Assembly (NCBI RefSeq): GCF_036321535.1
Contig: NC_087438.1
Coordinates: forward strand, 4,590,001 to 4,654,000
Direction: 5' to 3'
Origin: Camelus dromedarius
Taxonomy: Eukaryota
DNA: 64,000 nt
Part shown: positions 15,724-27,950 of the stretch, one piece after another
Numbering within the stretch: position 1 is the stretch's first letter
How the letters are laid out: each line of letters starts with the position of its first letter
The notes under the pieces: model-generated
Database searches by the model: none
Seen by the model: the letters and a program-made list of their open reading frames with translations, nothing else
Told to the model about the DNA's origin: nothing
Translations under genes and position numbers: made by a program

Positions 15724-17196
15724 CACCCTCAACCCCATCTCTGCTCCCGAAATCCCAGGGTGTCTCTCTGGGGGCCTCAGAGTGGCCTTTCCCAACGTCA
15801 GGCACTGTATTATTATCCCCGACCCCGAGTTTTCTCTCCTTACTGCCTGAATTATTACCTACCTCGATTTATTTTACCCAGCTCTTGTTTAGGAAGGAAA
15901 AGATAACCCTTCTTCAGTGGCCTGGGGCTGACCCCTCCGCAGAGCGTACAAATGCTCCCGAGCTGACCGAAGCACCGGGTCCTGGGCCGGCCTCGGGAGC
16001 GGCCCTGGGGGGCCCTGCCCCCGGTGCAGAGAGAAGCTGTCCTTCCTCCCGGTTAGGGGACGCTGGCCAGCCTGGGCGCAGACCCTGTGGGGTTAGCTTG
16101 GTGCCGGCCCGAGCCTTGGGGCCCTGGCCAGGTGCAGCTGCGTGGCGGGACTGGCCCCGCTCCCCTGCAGGCGGGCGGGCCATTCCTTCCGAAGAGGGCG
16201 GACGTGCCGATGCTCCCTGGTGGCGAGCCTCGCCGACGGTCTGTGCTGAGGGACTTGTGCATGTTCGTTTGTTAATTTCCCATTGGTCATGTACCAGTCG
16301 TCATGTAAAATACAATAAAGGTGAATTACGAGGAAAATGAAAGGGAAAAAGCAAAAACCCTGGGAATAAACCCACAAATTAAAAGCTCAGGTGGTTAGTT
16401 ATTGGATCTGACAGACAGAAGCTATGCTGTTGGGTGTTCAGGGGTCTCTAAATGCTCCCGTCAGTATTTGCACCCCCCCACCAGGTGGCTGCGGCTGGGG
16501 TTTGAGGACCCCATCTGGTCCCTCACTGAGGGCCAGAGCTGCCCTGGACAAGGAGGGTGACAAGCCGGCCAGAGTGCAGCTCCTTCCTGGGGTCCCCGAG
16601 CCAGGCCAGCATCCTTGGTGCTGCTTTCAAAGAAACTGGCTGGGTGGGGCCCGAGGGGCTGGGCTCTTTGAGAAGCATCTCACTGGCCGGAGGTGACACT
16701 GCGGGGTCACAGCCTGAATGCTGAATGCTGCTGAATTCTGCTCTGGGTGCGGAACAGAGGGGGCTGGGAGGTTTCTGGGCCTACCTCCCTCCTCGTGTCC
16801 CGAATTCCCAGCTCGCTGCCAAGCTGTAGAAGCCCTGGTGCTGGGAGGGGTCCTGCCTGGGTCCCAAGACCTGGGGCCTCCACCTGTGCATCGGGAGTAC
16901 CTCTCAGGGCACAGGGGGAGCGTTGGCTGTTGCTGGGGGCGACCCGGTCCTCCTTTACTCCGTCTGCCCATTCCGGGGCCGGCTTCTTCACCCGCGTCCA
17001 GTGGGTCCCTCCTCCTCTCGGAGCCTCCTGGAGGGTCAGAAGGCTTGTGTGAGTCCTGGAATCATCATCGGTCAGCCACTTTTTTGACACCCAACTTTAT
17101 CATGGTAAGAAAATGGTATTTCCTTTGTGTTATTTAACTTTTTTTCAAATTTATTTTATTTATTCAGTAGATTGTGAGCTTTCTAAGGTATATGGG

Positions 17197-17224
17197 GTGT
17201 GTGTGTGTATGTGTGTGTGTTGTG
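17197..17224. repeat. (TG)n microsatellite
   Basis: Interrupted TG run. Confidence 0.85.
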
Positions 17225-20097
17225 TTCATGCACCCCTCTTCCTACAGGCTCAACGCCACACAGGACACCCTGAAACTGCTTGCTGAAATCTCACCAGTTT
17301 CTGGGTAGGTGCACCTGCTTCCTGCTTCTGTCATCACCCACCGAAGAAAGTGCAGGAAATAGTAAGACTCCAGGTTCGTGTTATAGGAAAACTGGAATCT
17401 AGAGAGACACTTGAATTTAAAAGAATGTCAAGTTCTTCTTTCAGCTGTAATGCATCTCACTGCAGTGTTGTCCGTCCTGGAGGGTCTTGTTTGGTTCTTT
17501 TTTGTTTCTAGCTCACAGCACAGGAGGAGGAGAGGCTGGAGCCACAGTGAAGCCAGATAACTGCCAAGCTTTTGTTTTGTTGCTTTGCTTCATTTTTGTT
17601 TTATCCCTTCCCACCCCGATCCCAGCCCATCTCCAAGTTCCTGGGTGCTGTGTCTCCTGGGAATCTGTCTCCCCAGCAGGTGCTCCAGGCCTTCCTGCCA
17701 TCCCGCTGCCGCTTGCCCAGTGAGGGGACCTTGGCACAATGACCCGGGGCCTGGGATGGGCATCGCAGTCCATCCCACCTGGATTCTCTCCTCTGAGGGC
17801 CCCTCCCCGCTGCCCGCTGGCCCTTCTTTGCCCGCCCTTTGCAAGTGCGGGCTGCGGGCGCCTCGCCCCCCGGAGACGAGAGGGGGCGCTGTTGCCTCAC
17901 AGCAGACGTCCCAGCCCTGCACTCCGGCTGGTCCCTCCCTCCCACCTGCACTGCGCGCCCCCGCCCAGCAGGAGGGTCCGTTTATCGGGGAGGGTGGCCC
18001 CACGAGGTGGGCTGTGAATTCAATGTTTGAAAAGAAACCATGTGCCCAGATTTTTAAAAAGGACAAGGAAATAAGGCTGCAGTGTTTTTCTTCTACTGAA
18101 AAAAAAAAGAAAGATCTGTAACATCCTGGCCGTGACAGTGAGGGTGAAGCTAGGGGTCTGCATGGCGGGTCTGGGGCCACTCCTGCCGCCCCAGGGGGTG
18201 CCCATCAGACCTGACAGGGAGGCCCTCCTGAATTGTTGAAACCAGACTTTCATCCTCTGTGCAGACCTGTGGTCCTGTCTGATCTGGGCAGGGGGTTGGT
18301 GGCCCTACTGTCATTAGGTACCCCAGTGTGCTGGGGGGGATGGGGGGCGGGGGTGGGAGCTGCAGAACAGCAGCTGGGGGTGGTGTGGGCCTCAGGGAAG
18401 GGTCTGTCGTGGAAACAAGACTCAACCCACAGGAGTCGGGGAGCTAGCATCTCCTTGAGGGAGAAACGTCTTCCCCGGGGGACAGGGCGGGGGTGGGAGT
18501 CGGGGGACAGGGGACAGGACTTGAGCCCGTGCAGGGTGGTAAGTCCCCAGGGAGCTGGCAGGCAGAGCAGGTGCATGAGGTCACCACCTCCATTGGAGGG
18601 GCTGGTTGTGGCCCCCACGCTGCCAGACAAGGATGCTGGGGGCTGGTGAGTGGGTTGGTTTTTACGTTCTGACCCCCCCTTTACCACCACAGCTGAGAAC
18701 AGCAACTTTGGTGAGAACACCCTACAAACAGAGTCTCAGAGCCTGAGCTGGTGGAAGAAATATTTTATTCTCTTTTCCTTCCAGGAGCGTGGCCTTCCTC
18801 TGCCTGTTGAGGTCCTGAGAGCCCTCTTCCCACAGGCTTGGCACCTCCACTGGGTTGAAGCCTCGCAGCTGCCCTCCTCTCAGTGATGAGGACGGGCGTC
18901 CCCTCCCTGGCAGACACGGCCCCCCCAAGTCCACCAGAGAGATTCTGGAAAGCCCTGCTTTTATCCTCAGAAGCCCAGCTCATCCCAGAATCCAGCTTTT
19001 TGTGTATCTGACAGTTTGAACCAAGCAACCATACAAGCTCTTCCACATCCCAGACGTCCAGCTTCTCCTTGCTCATGGTGACGTTATCAAAGCCACACAT
19101 CAGGGGGACACCCTGTACCCCGACACCCTGCCGGCCTCATTCCTCCCTCCCCACTGCAGGACCAGGTTGGGGGCAGCGCCCAAGCCCCCGCGGGCACATG
19201 GCAGTTGGGAGGCTGAGCCGGGAGGGTGACCCAGGTGGAAGCAGGGAGGGGACAAGCAGGAGGGCCCAGGTCGGCACAAGGAGGTTCTGTTTGGACAGAG
19301 GAGTGGGCTTTCCTGAATACTGGGTTTCAGAGAAACTCGAAATTCTAAGTCATTGAGCCCAGAAGTCAGGGGAGTGAGTGTGGTCTGACCCCTCGCCTGT
19401 GAGTTTGATGGGCCCCTCGGGGCATTCTGGGCTGCACAGAATGTTCTCTGCTGAGGAGCCCGGCCAAGGGGCACCTGCAGGGGCTGTGTCTGCCTGGAGG
19501 AAGCGGCACAGACTCCTAATTCTCACAGAGGCCCGGTGCGGACTCGCAGGGCTGCGGTGGGGGGAGCCGGGCACGGCCAGGGCGGTGTGTGTAAACGGTG
19601 GCCTGGTTCCTGGGCTGGTGCAGTCACAGCACTGGGGGTGCAAAGGGGAGGGGCTCACGGAGCTCTCCCTCAGCCCTGCCAGCCCCAGGGAGGCGGGCCT
19701 CTGGCTCCGATGCTGCCGACCGTGGTGACGGGAGGGACTCCCAGAGGTGAGAGATCGAGCCTGGGCTGCTGGCCGCGGCCCTGCGAACTGAGGATGAGAC
19801 TGACTGGCGCACGCGCTGGCCCGGGCGGGGCTGCGGGAGAGCTCCTGTGGGCCCCGCCGCCAGGCCCACAGTCTTCCTCTGGGACTGGAGATTTTCTTGT
19901 CTGTCTGCAAAGCGCTGTTGAATCTCCAAGACCCACCCGACATCACCTCCTCCGTGAAGGGACCCGGCCCCAGCGTGACTCTCGCAGGCGGAATGAATGA
20001 CTTAGAGAAGACACGCCCACCCCTTTCCCCTTCGTGGGGCAGCGTGCGCTGTGGTGACTCCACCTGGGAGAGGCGCGACTGATGGAATTCATGGAGG

Positions 20098-20178
20098 CGT
20101 GTGTGTGTGTGTACGTGTGTATGTTTGTACGTGTATACGTGTGTATGTGTGGGTGCCTGTGTGCACGCCCGTGTGTGT
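20098..20178. repeat. Degenerate (TG)n alternating purine-pyrimidine tract
   Basis: GTGTGTGTGTGTGTACGTGTGTATG... Confidence 0.8.
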
Positions 20179-20989
20179 TCACCTGCACACAGCCAGGAAA
20201 AGACATGCTTAGACATAATGCAGAAGCTGCCCATCCCCCCGGGGGCCTGTGCTGGGCTCTGCTGGTTTCATCTTATAATTACATCCCCGCCCCCCGGAAA
20301 CAATTTCCAGTTACGTTTCTGTTTGACAAGGTAGCAAGTGAAACGCACCTGACCTAGAAAATGACAGGAGCAGTTTTAATCTCTCCAACTTAACCTTTTC
20401 ATCCTGACTTGACCTTTCCCTTCTTGACATTAATGTAGAAATTAGGGCTCTCGACCTAATAGATTTAAGGCGACCCCAGAGGCACCACCGGGGAGCAGGA
20501 GCAGGATGTGACACTCCCCTCGGAAGCCGAGAGAAGGTGCTCTGCATCTGGGGTCTCAGCCTTCCAAAAAGAGGCAGTTCAGCCAAAAGCACAGCCCTGC
20601 TCTCGGCCCGTGAAGCAGGTGGACCAGCCTCTTCTGGGGCCCCTCCGCCTCCGGGTACCGCTCCACGCACTGGGGACTGTTGATCTATCGAACGCTCAGC
20701 CCGATCCTAGGAGATGGCACTGGTGTCGCCAGCAGTTTGTTGGGGACGAGAGGAGACAGGACGTGTGCATGAGCCCCCCACGGCCCCCGCTGGCAGTGGG
20801 CCGGCCTGGGCTCCGGCTCTGTGGCCCCTGCAGCCCAGCAGCTCCAGGGTGACGGATGCTGCGGCCAGCCTGGTGCTCTGTCAGGTGGGAGGCGTGTGAA
20901 CGGCTCGGGGAGACAGGGCTGTCAGGGGCCAGTAACCCACCAGGGGCCGTGCTGCGGTCCGAGGGCTGCCCTGGCAGAGCACCACCAGC

Positions 20990-21722
20990 TGGGAAGCTAA
21001 GACACAGAAATGAATTCGTCACATTCTGGACTCCAGAAGCCGGACCTCAAGCTGTGGGTCTGCCCTCGCTCTCCCTCCAGGTTCCGGCCTCTTCCGGCTC
21101 CTCATGGTGGCTGGCAATTCCCTGGCTTGTGGAAGCATCACGTCGGCTCCACATGGCCATCTTCCCTCTGAATCTGTGTCCAAGTTTCTCTCCTCTCATG
21201 AGGACACCCGTTTTGGAGTAGTTTAATTTACCTAATTACATCTGCAAAGACCCTATTTCCAATGAACGGCCTATTCTGGGGTTCCTGGCGGACGTGGACT
21301 TTTGGAGGACACTGTTGAGCCCAGTGCGCCAGCCAGTTCCTCCCTCACTCCTGCCCTCGTCAGCCTGGCTGCCCTCACAGAACACGTCAGCTTCCTCTCC
21401 GGGGCTTGCACAGCACACGTTTATTCCTCACAGTCCTGGAGGCCAGACGCCCAAGTTCAGGATGCCAGCAGACGTGGTTCCTGGTGAGGCCTCTGCTCCT
21501 GCCCTGTCACCGTGTCCTCATGTGGCCTTTTCTTGGTGCCTGCACATTGAGAGAGATAGATCTCGGTCTTCCTCTTCTTGTCAGAGCACCGACCCCATCA
21601 CGAGGGCTCCACTATCCTCCAGCCCTAACCGTGTCCCAGAGGCCCTGCCTCCCAACGCCATTGCTCTGGGGGTTGGGGCTTCCACATCTGAACTGCGGGG
21701 TCCCAGACACGCAGTTCATAAT
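20990..21722 (-). mobile_element. Two adjacent ERVL-MaLR (MLT1-type) solo LTR relics (~20990-21325 and ~21350-21722)
   Basis: Typical MLT1 antisense phrases: TTTATTCCTCACAGTCCTGGAGGCCAGA...CAAG, TAATTACATCTGCAAAGACCCTATTTCCAA and GGGGTTGGGGCTTCCACATCTGAA. Confidence 0.75.
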
Positions 21723-22544
21723 GCTCACTCCCTCATCAGTCCTTCAGAGGAGGTCAGCGAGGTTCGTTAGCAGGTGTGGCCGTGGTGCCAGCTTCTGCAG
21801 ACATTGCCTCCTCCCGATGGGGAAGGAGGGATGGGTCAGTGATGGGGGCTGATGGAGGGGAGGACAGGAGGCCTGCCGTGTAGCCAGGGGTAGGAGGGGC
21901 CACCGCCTCAGTTCCCCTGAGCATCTGTGATCTGTGATGCCAGGTGTGTGGTGTGTGGCCAGCCTCATCGGGCACTGGGCCATGGGTCTAAGTCTTTGGG
22001 GCATGAATCAAGCTCAGGGACTGACCCCGCTCCCGTGGGCTTCCAGCCTTCCCGTCCTCTGAGAGAGAGCTCACGGCGGGTGTAGGATGCAGCCCCCGCG
22101 GTGGCCTCCGTGGAGACTGGGGGGCGAGCGCAGACATTCGGGGCTAGTGTGAGTGGGTCCCCTTCACCCTCCCCCGGGGCATGTGGACGGGGGTGTGTTT
22201 GGGGAAGGCTGGAGTTCTGGACCTGGCCAGCCTGGTAGGGGTCACCCCATCATCTCCTCGAGGTGGGGTCCTGGCCTGGGGCCTTACCTTTTGCATCTGT
22301 ACAACGGGGGTAAATGGTCTCCACCTCACAGAGTTGTGGGAGGACGAAGGGGCAATTCCCGTTCAGAGGAAGTTGTCAGTGCAGCTGTTTTGGTTGGTGT
22401 TACTTCCCCGTTATTCTCGCACGCTCTCCACCTGCTAATGTGCTGGTCGTGGGGTGCAGTCTCGTGGCCCGTCACCTCTGCACTGGCTGACCTCACCGGG
22501 CACACGGGGTCAGTGCCGCAAGCCTTCATGGCCAAACAACACTG

Positions 22545-23060
22545 GGCTGTACACACATTTCATTTATCCCTTCATCGGCTGATGGATTTGGGGTTTGTTT
22601 CTACTTTTTAGTCATTTTGAATAATGGTGCTGTGAATATTCATGTGTAAGTGTTCATGTTGACATGTTTCCATCTCTCTTGAGTCTACACCTAGGAGTGG
22701 AATCTCTGGGTCGGGTGGTAATTCCATGTACAACTTTTTGAGAAACTGCCAAGCTGTTTTCCCAAGTGGCCTCACCATTTCACACCCCCGCTGGCCACGT
22801 GAGTGGTCTGATTTCCCCGCATCCTCACAACACTGGTTATTATTGGACTTTTTGATACTAGCCATCGTAGAGGGCGTGAAGTGGTAACTTATGGTTTTGA
22901 TTTGCGCTTTTCTAACAGGCAAATCCATGGGGATGTAAAGCAGATTAGCGGTGGGGAGGGGAGAGGGGAAGAGGGGATCGTTCTGGAATTAGCGGTGGTG
23001 GTGGAACATCGCAAGGATACTGAAAACCACTGAATTGTGCACTTTAAGACAAAAAAGTTC
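22545..23060. mobile_element. Old L1 (L1M-type): ORF2 3' region on the - strand (~22545-22915) joined to a 3'UTR piece on the + strand (~22915-23060)
   Basis: Minus-strand ORF reads QIKTISYHFTP...PLGKTAWQFLKKLYMELPPDPEIPLLG (L1 ORF2 C-terminus). The plus part has GTTCTGGAATTAG...AAAACCACTGAATTGTGCACTTTAA. Confidence 0.75.
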
Positions 23061-23844
23061 ATCTCTGCGAAAAAGCATCCTGTTTCTCCTTTGGGACCCA
23101 GCTCCCATGCCACATCATCGCAGAGCCCTGGAAGCTCTCTCTGCACCTTTTGTTTACTCATTCCTGCGGCCTCCCCTCACCAGGTCGTGATGTGGACGGC
23201 GGGTCCTTCTCACCTGCAGATGTAACCCCCGTGACAGCGACGGGGAGGTTTCTTGAAGTGAGACTCTCTTGCATATTTTGGGCTCAGGAGGGCAGGAGGA
23301 ATTGGCTGGTGTAAGAGGCTGGCCCCTGCCCACATCGCCTCCACCCAGCGGGTCCTTTCTGCAAGTCCCACAAAAGGATCAAGACCTGGAAGCCACGGGA
23401 ATTGGGTTTCTTTGCGAGAAAGAGCTGCTGACAGAAAGCCAGTAGCAGTGCTAGACCTAGGAAAGTGGTGGTGGTTGGCCAGGAATGAGGACTTTTGGGA
23501 AAAGGAGGCTGACATGTCACTTTGACAGGCGGCTTCGATCAGGCCCCTGTACTGGGTCTGTAAAGGCAACGTGCTTTGCGAAACGGTTTCAGGAGAGCTC
23601 CTTTATGACTTGAGAGGTAAAGCTTTTCACAGACTAGAGTGGTGAGTGGAGGACACGCATAGGAAACACTGGCTCTTGGTGGGGTGGGACCAGGGACCAG
23701 GGGAAGGCTGGCACAAACACCTCCCTGAAGCTGTCGGCGACAGAGACCCCAGGGCAGGGTGCAGTGTGAGCTGGCCTCGACTTGGGTTGGGACGGGAAGC
23801 CTTTCTCTGTATGTGATCTCGCGGGCGGACTGTGCTCAGGAGGC

Positions 23845-23900
23845 CCAGTGCCTCCATTGAAAACATAAATAAATAAACCTAATTACCCCCTCCATCTGCC
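23845..23900 (+). mobile_element. 3' fragment of the same tRNA-derived SINE
   Basis: CCCAGTGCCTCCATT...AAATAAATAAACCTAATTACCCCC shares the CTAATTACC body with the 15592 copy. Confidence 0.6.
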
Positions 23901-23984
23901 CACAAATAAAGGGGCAAAAAGAAATTCTAAGGCGTCCAGAAGGGGCAGCTGCAAAGGCACTGTGACCTCTAGACCCGTGGCCCT

Positions 23985-24192
23985 CAGTTGGGTCAGTTTC
24001 AGGGGTTAGTTGGCAGTGACGGGAGAGAGTTTTTTTGCTTGTCAAGAACAGGGCAACCCCACTGCTGCCATCTCAACTGGAGGATGGAGACCAGGGATGC
24101 AGCCAATGTCTTGCAGTGCACAGGACAGCCCCCCAACACAGAACCCTCGGCCCCAAACCACAGTAGTGCAGCCGCTGAGAAGCGTGGCTTGC
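23985..24192. mobile_element. MER20-like hAT MITE
   Basis: GGAGACCAGGGATGCAGCCAATGTCTTGCAGTGCACAGGACAGCCCCCC...AGTAGTGCAGCCGCTGAGAA. Confidence 0.7.
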
Positions 24193-25255
24193 TCTTGAGT
24201 TCTTTCCTGCTGGAAGCCAGGGGCCCTCACGTGGTGGGGCGGGTCCCAGGGATTCGACCGAGACCTGGGGCACAGCCGTCCTCTCGCCCCACGTTCCTGT
24301 AACACGGGGGCCTGTGGATCATGTTAACAATGTCAGCCAGGCTTGTCTAGAGACACTCGGTGGCTGTTCTCACCTTGGCTACATGCCAGTTGCTTCCGGT
24401 CTTAAAAAAATCAAAGAGAGTTACAAAAACATTCCATGTGCAGCATAAATTATGGATGATTATTCAAATTTCTGCTTCTGAATGGAAAATAGCGCCTATA
24501 AAACTCTGAAAAGGAGAGGCTGAGTAATGAGACAGATGCTTTGGAACAATCTGGAAAGTAAGTAATCGTGGCAGCCGCCGGCTGCCCTGGAGTGATAAGT
24601 AGTGGCGAGGGCGAAGGTCCCCTCTGGGTCAAACAGTCCTGCCTCCCTCCGCCCCCCACAGCCCCGGGTGCATCCCATCCCATGTGCTCACCTGGGCTGG
24701 AGACGGGACACCTGCTGCTGAAGGTGTCTCTTCCTTCTGCCCGGGGCCCCACCTGCTACAATCTCCTGCTGCAATCAGACCCCCGACCCAACACCCCAAC
24801 CCTTACTCAACCGAAGATGCAGGGCTTAGTTTTCAAAAGGGCTGTGACTGAGTGGCTGTGTTGGTGGTCTGAGGGTGATGGGGACCAGGCATCCTGGGTG
24901 GAGATTTTGACAGTTGCCGCCATGAGTGGGCGGTACCCCACAGCCTCCACGTCCCAAGAGCATCACCTCAGAGGAACATCCCTTTGGAGACGTCTCGGAG
25001 GATGGGAGGTCCTTACAATGTATTTTCTCAGCGTGTTTGGGGTAAGGCTGAGTTTAAACATGTAACTTTTCAGTAACCATTATTTGCTACAATAGATTAT
25101 GATTATGATTAAAATGTGATTAACTTAGTTTCCCAGTAGAAACCATTTTTGAAAGCCTTTTTATTTTGAAATAATTATAAGGTCACAGGAAGTTGCAGAA
25201 ATAATACAGAAGAGTCCCCTACACTTTTACTCTGTTTCCCCAATGGTCACGTTTT

Positions 25256-25338
25256 CTTTTTTGCTTTTTTTTTTGTAACAGAGGTACCAGGGATTGAACC
25301 CAGGACCTCGTGTTTGCTAAGCATGCCCTCCCCACCCA
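25256..25338 (-). mobile_element. tRNA-derived SINE with internal deletion, inserted in an old L1 fragment (~25150-25400)
   Basis: The reverse complement has the B box GGTTCAATCCC and a poly(A) tail. Diverged flanking repeat CCAATGGTCACGTTTT / CCAAGGTTACATTTT. Confidence 0.75.
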
Positions 25339-25477
25339 CCAAGGTTACATTTTACATAGTCGTAGTTCAGTGTCAAAATCAGGAAACTGACATTGGTAAA
25401 AAAATACATAAAACTTTATATATACAGAACTTCATACTGTTTCATGACTTGTAAATTTGTACACATTTTTATGTGAC

Positions 25478-25700
25478 TAGGGGTCTGCTGAGTATGGCCT
25501 GAGGGTTAGACCCAGACAGCTTCTGATTTTTGTAAATAAGGTCTAACTAGAGCACAACCACGTTTTTTTGTTTGTGTGTTGTCCTTGGATGCTTTTGCGT
25601 ATGATGGCAGAATTGAGCAGTTGTGACAGAGGCCACAGGGCTTGCAAAGCCTCAAATGTTTATTATCTGACTCTTTATAGAAAAAGTTTGCTAACTCCTG
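25478..25700. mobile_element. MER58A-like hAT-Charlie MITE
   Basis: AGGGGTC...TTTGTAAATAAGG...GGCAGAATTGAGCAGTTGTGACAGAG...GAAAAAGTTTGCTAACTCCTG. Confidence 0.8.
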
Positions 25701-26016
25701 ATTTAGAGAGTCACTGGATTTTTTGAAAATCTAAAAACAAACATGGAGCTCCTATTTTCCAGCCCTTCCTTTTATAGAGAAGGAAACTAAGGCTCCGATG
25801 AAATACCTGCCTTGGGGCACACCTCTGGCCGCCCTGCTCTCCTGTCCCCAGTGGGCCCATCAGCGGGCGCTGGACCAGCACCCTGGATTTTACTGGTTGG
25901 GCTACTTAAGAGTAAGACAGTTGGGTAAAGTAATTTTACATTCTCATCACAAATTCTTTTTTTCCCCTAAATTTCTTTTGCTACTTGAATTTCATTGGAC
26001 AAAGTTTACTTATTTC

Positions 26017-26492
26017 CTTTTTTTAAAAAAATTTTTGATTTATAATGTTGTATTAGTTTCTGGTGCACAGCATAGTGATTCAGTTATATATTATATCTAT
26101 ACATAGATATATATTGTTTTTCCTATTCTTTTTCATTATAGGTTACTACAAGTCATTGAATATATTTCCCTGTGTATGCAGTAAACTTGTTGTTTATTTA
26201 TTCTGTACATAGTAGTTTGTATCAGCCAATCCCAAAGTTCCAGTTTAGCCCTCCCTCTCCTGACCCCCGTAGCCATAAGCGTGTTTTCTATGTCTCTGAG
26301 GCTCTTTCTGTTTTGTGAATAAGTTGAGTTGCATCATTCTTTTAGATTCCACATGTAAGTGACATCATATGATATTTGTCTTTCTCTGACTTACTTCACT
26401 TGGTGTGATCGTCTCCAGGTCCACCCATGTTGCTGCAAATGGCATTATTTTGTTCCTTTTTAGAGCTGAGTAGTGTTCCTTTATATATATAC
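26017..26492 (-). mobile_element. 5'-truncated L1 3' end
   Basis: L1 3'UTR/ORF2 end in antisense (CATGTTGCTGCAAATGGCATTATTT). Candidate 9-bp TSD ACTTATTTC at 26008-26016 and 26493-26501. Confidence 0.85.
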
Positions 26493-26816
26493 ACTTATTT
26501 CTTCATTTTACTGAAAGAAATGGTGTCACAATGTAAAAAATCGTGAAATGAATCCCCAGACAAGAGCGCAGACTCAATGCCCTCAGGCTGCTAATGCACA
26601 TAGGGAAGCAGGCACCTTGCTGGGAGGCTACAGGGAAGAGTAGGGACTGTGACCAAGGGGGAGTGGGATGCATGCTGGGGTCCAGGGGCAGCGGCCACCC
26701 ATCTCTACCTCATGGTTGAATGCAAGGCAAGAATGACCAGACTTTCCATTTTTTAAGGACAGCCTGAAATCTGGAACTTAATGTGACATTTTCTGATGTT
26801 TACATACTAGCAACTA

Positions 26817-27287
26817 GAGGCATACTTCGATTCACTTTATGTGTAGAAACTTTATGGATTTTTTTATGAACTGAAGGTTTGTGGCAACCCTGCATTGAGC
26901 AAGCCTATTGGTGCCATTTTTCCAATGGCACTTTTTAAAAGTTTTTTCAGCTTCACTGAGGTATAATTGACAAATAAAAATTGTATGTATTTAAGATTTA
27001 CAACTTGATCTTTGGATATGTGCACACATGGCGAAATGATCACCACAATCAAGCTAATTAACACATCTATCACCTCGGTTATCATGTTAATAGCATTATT
27101 TTCAGGTAAGGTATGTACTTTTTTAAAGACGTAGTACTATTGCACAATTAGTAGACTACAGTATGGTATAACCGTAACTTATATATTCACTGGGAAACAA
27201 AAAAAATCCTGCGACTCACCTTATTGCCAAATTCACTTTATCTCAGGGGTCTGGAATGGAGCATGCAATGTCTCTGAGGTCTGCCTG
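26817..27287 (+). mobile_element. Tigger1-derived non-autonomous DNA transposon interrupted by an L1 3' fragment (~26932-27085, - strand)
   Basis: TA TSDs at 26815-16 and 27288-89. TIR-like ends GAGGCATACTTCG / GAGGTCTGCCTG. Internal TGAAGGTTTGTGGCAACCCTGCATTGAGCAAG resembles Tigger1. Confidence 0.8.
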
Positions 27288-27749
27288 TAATTAAAACATT
27301 TGTGGCCCCTTGGCCAGCCAAACAAAGCAGGTTAGCAGATGAGAGTTGGCCCCAGGCTTACAACTGACCATGTTTGTTCTGGGGTTATCATGAGGAATCT
27401 TAGAAAAGCCGGTGACTCAGTGGGTTGCAGGTGAGAAAATGAGATGGTTAAGATAGTCCATCACCAGCCCTGGCGATGTGAGTTCAGTCCCTGGTGGACG
27501 GATGGCAAGTCCGTGCATCACCCTCACAGGTGAATCTTGAACCACCGTCACAACGTGACACGCAGCCATTTACCAGCGGAGGCTCTCCCAAGGAAGCCCA
27601 TGAGTCAGGCTCTCCCGGCCTCTCCCGGAGGGACCCCTGCTGGTGGTGGAACAGGCATTGCCTAAAGAAAGGTGATTGCCTGAATACGAGCCAGCCCTCA
27701 CTAGACACGAGCGCTTTCGTCTCCTCCCAGTGGGTCTGATCAACACGCA

Positions 27750-27950
27750 CCAGTCGCTTTCACCGGGGATGACTTTCCCTCCCAGGGACATTTGGCGATG
27801 TCTGGAGATGTTTTTGGTTGTCACCACGGGGGGGCTGCTCCCGGCATCTCGTGGGTGGAAGCCGGCGATGCTGTGCACACCCCACAGTGTGCGGGACAGA
27901 CCTTCACACAGAGAGTCCCAGCGGTGCCCAGGATGAGGAGCCCTGATCCA
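27750..27950. mobile_element. MER20-like hAT MITE
   Basis: CCCAGGGACATTTGGCGATGTCTGGAGATGTTTTTGGTTGTCAC...GGCATCTCGTGGGTGGAAGCC. Confidence 0.8.
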
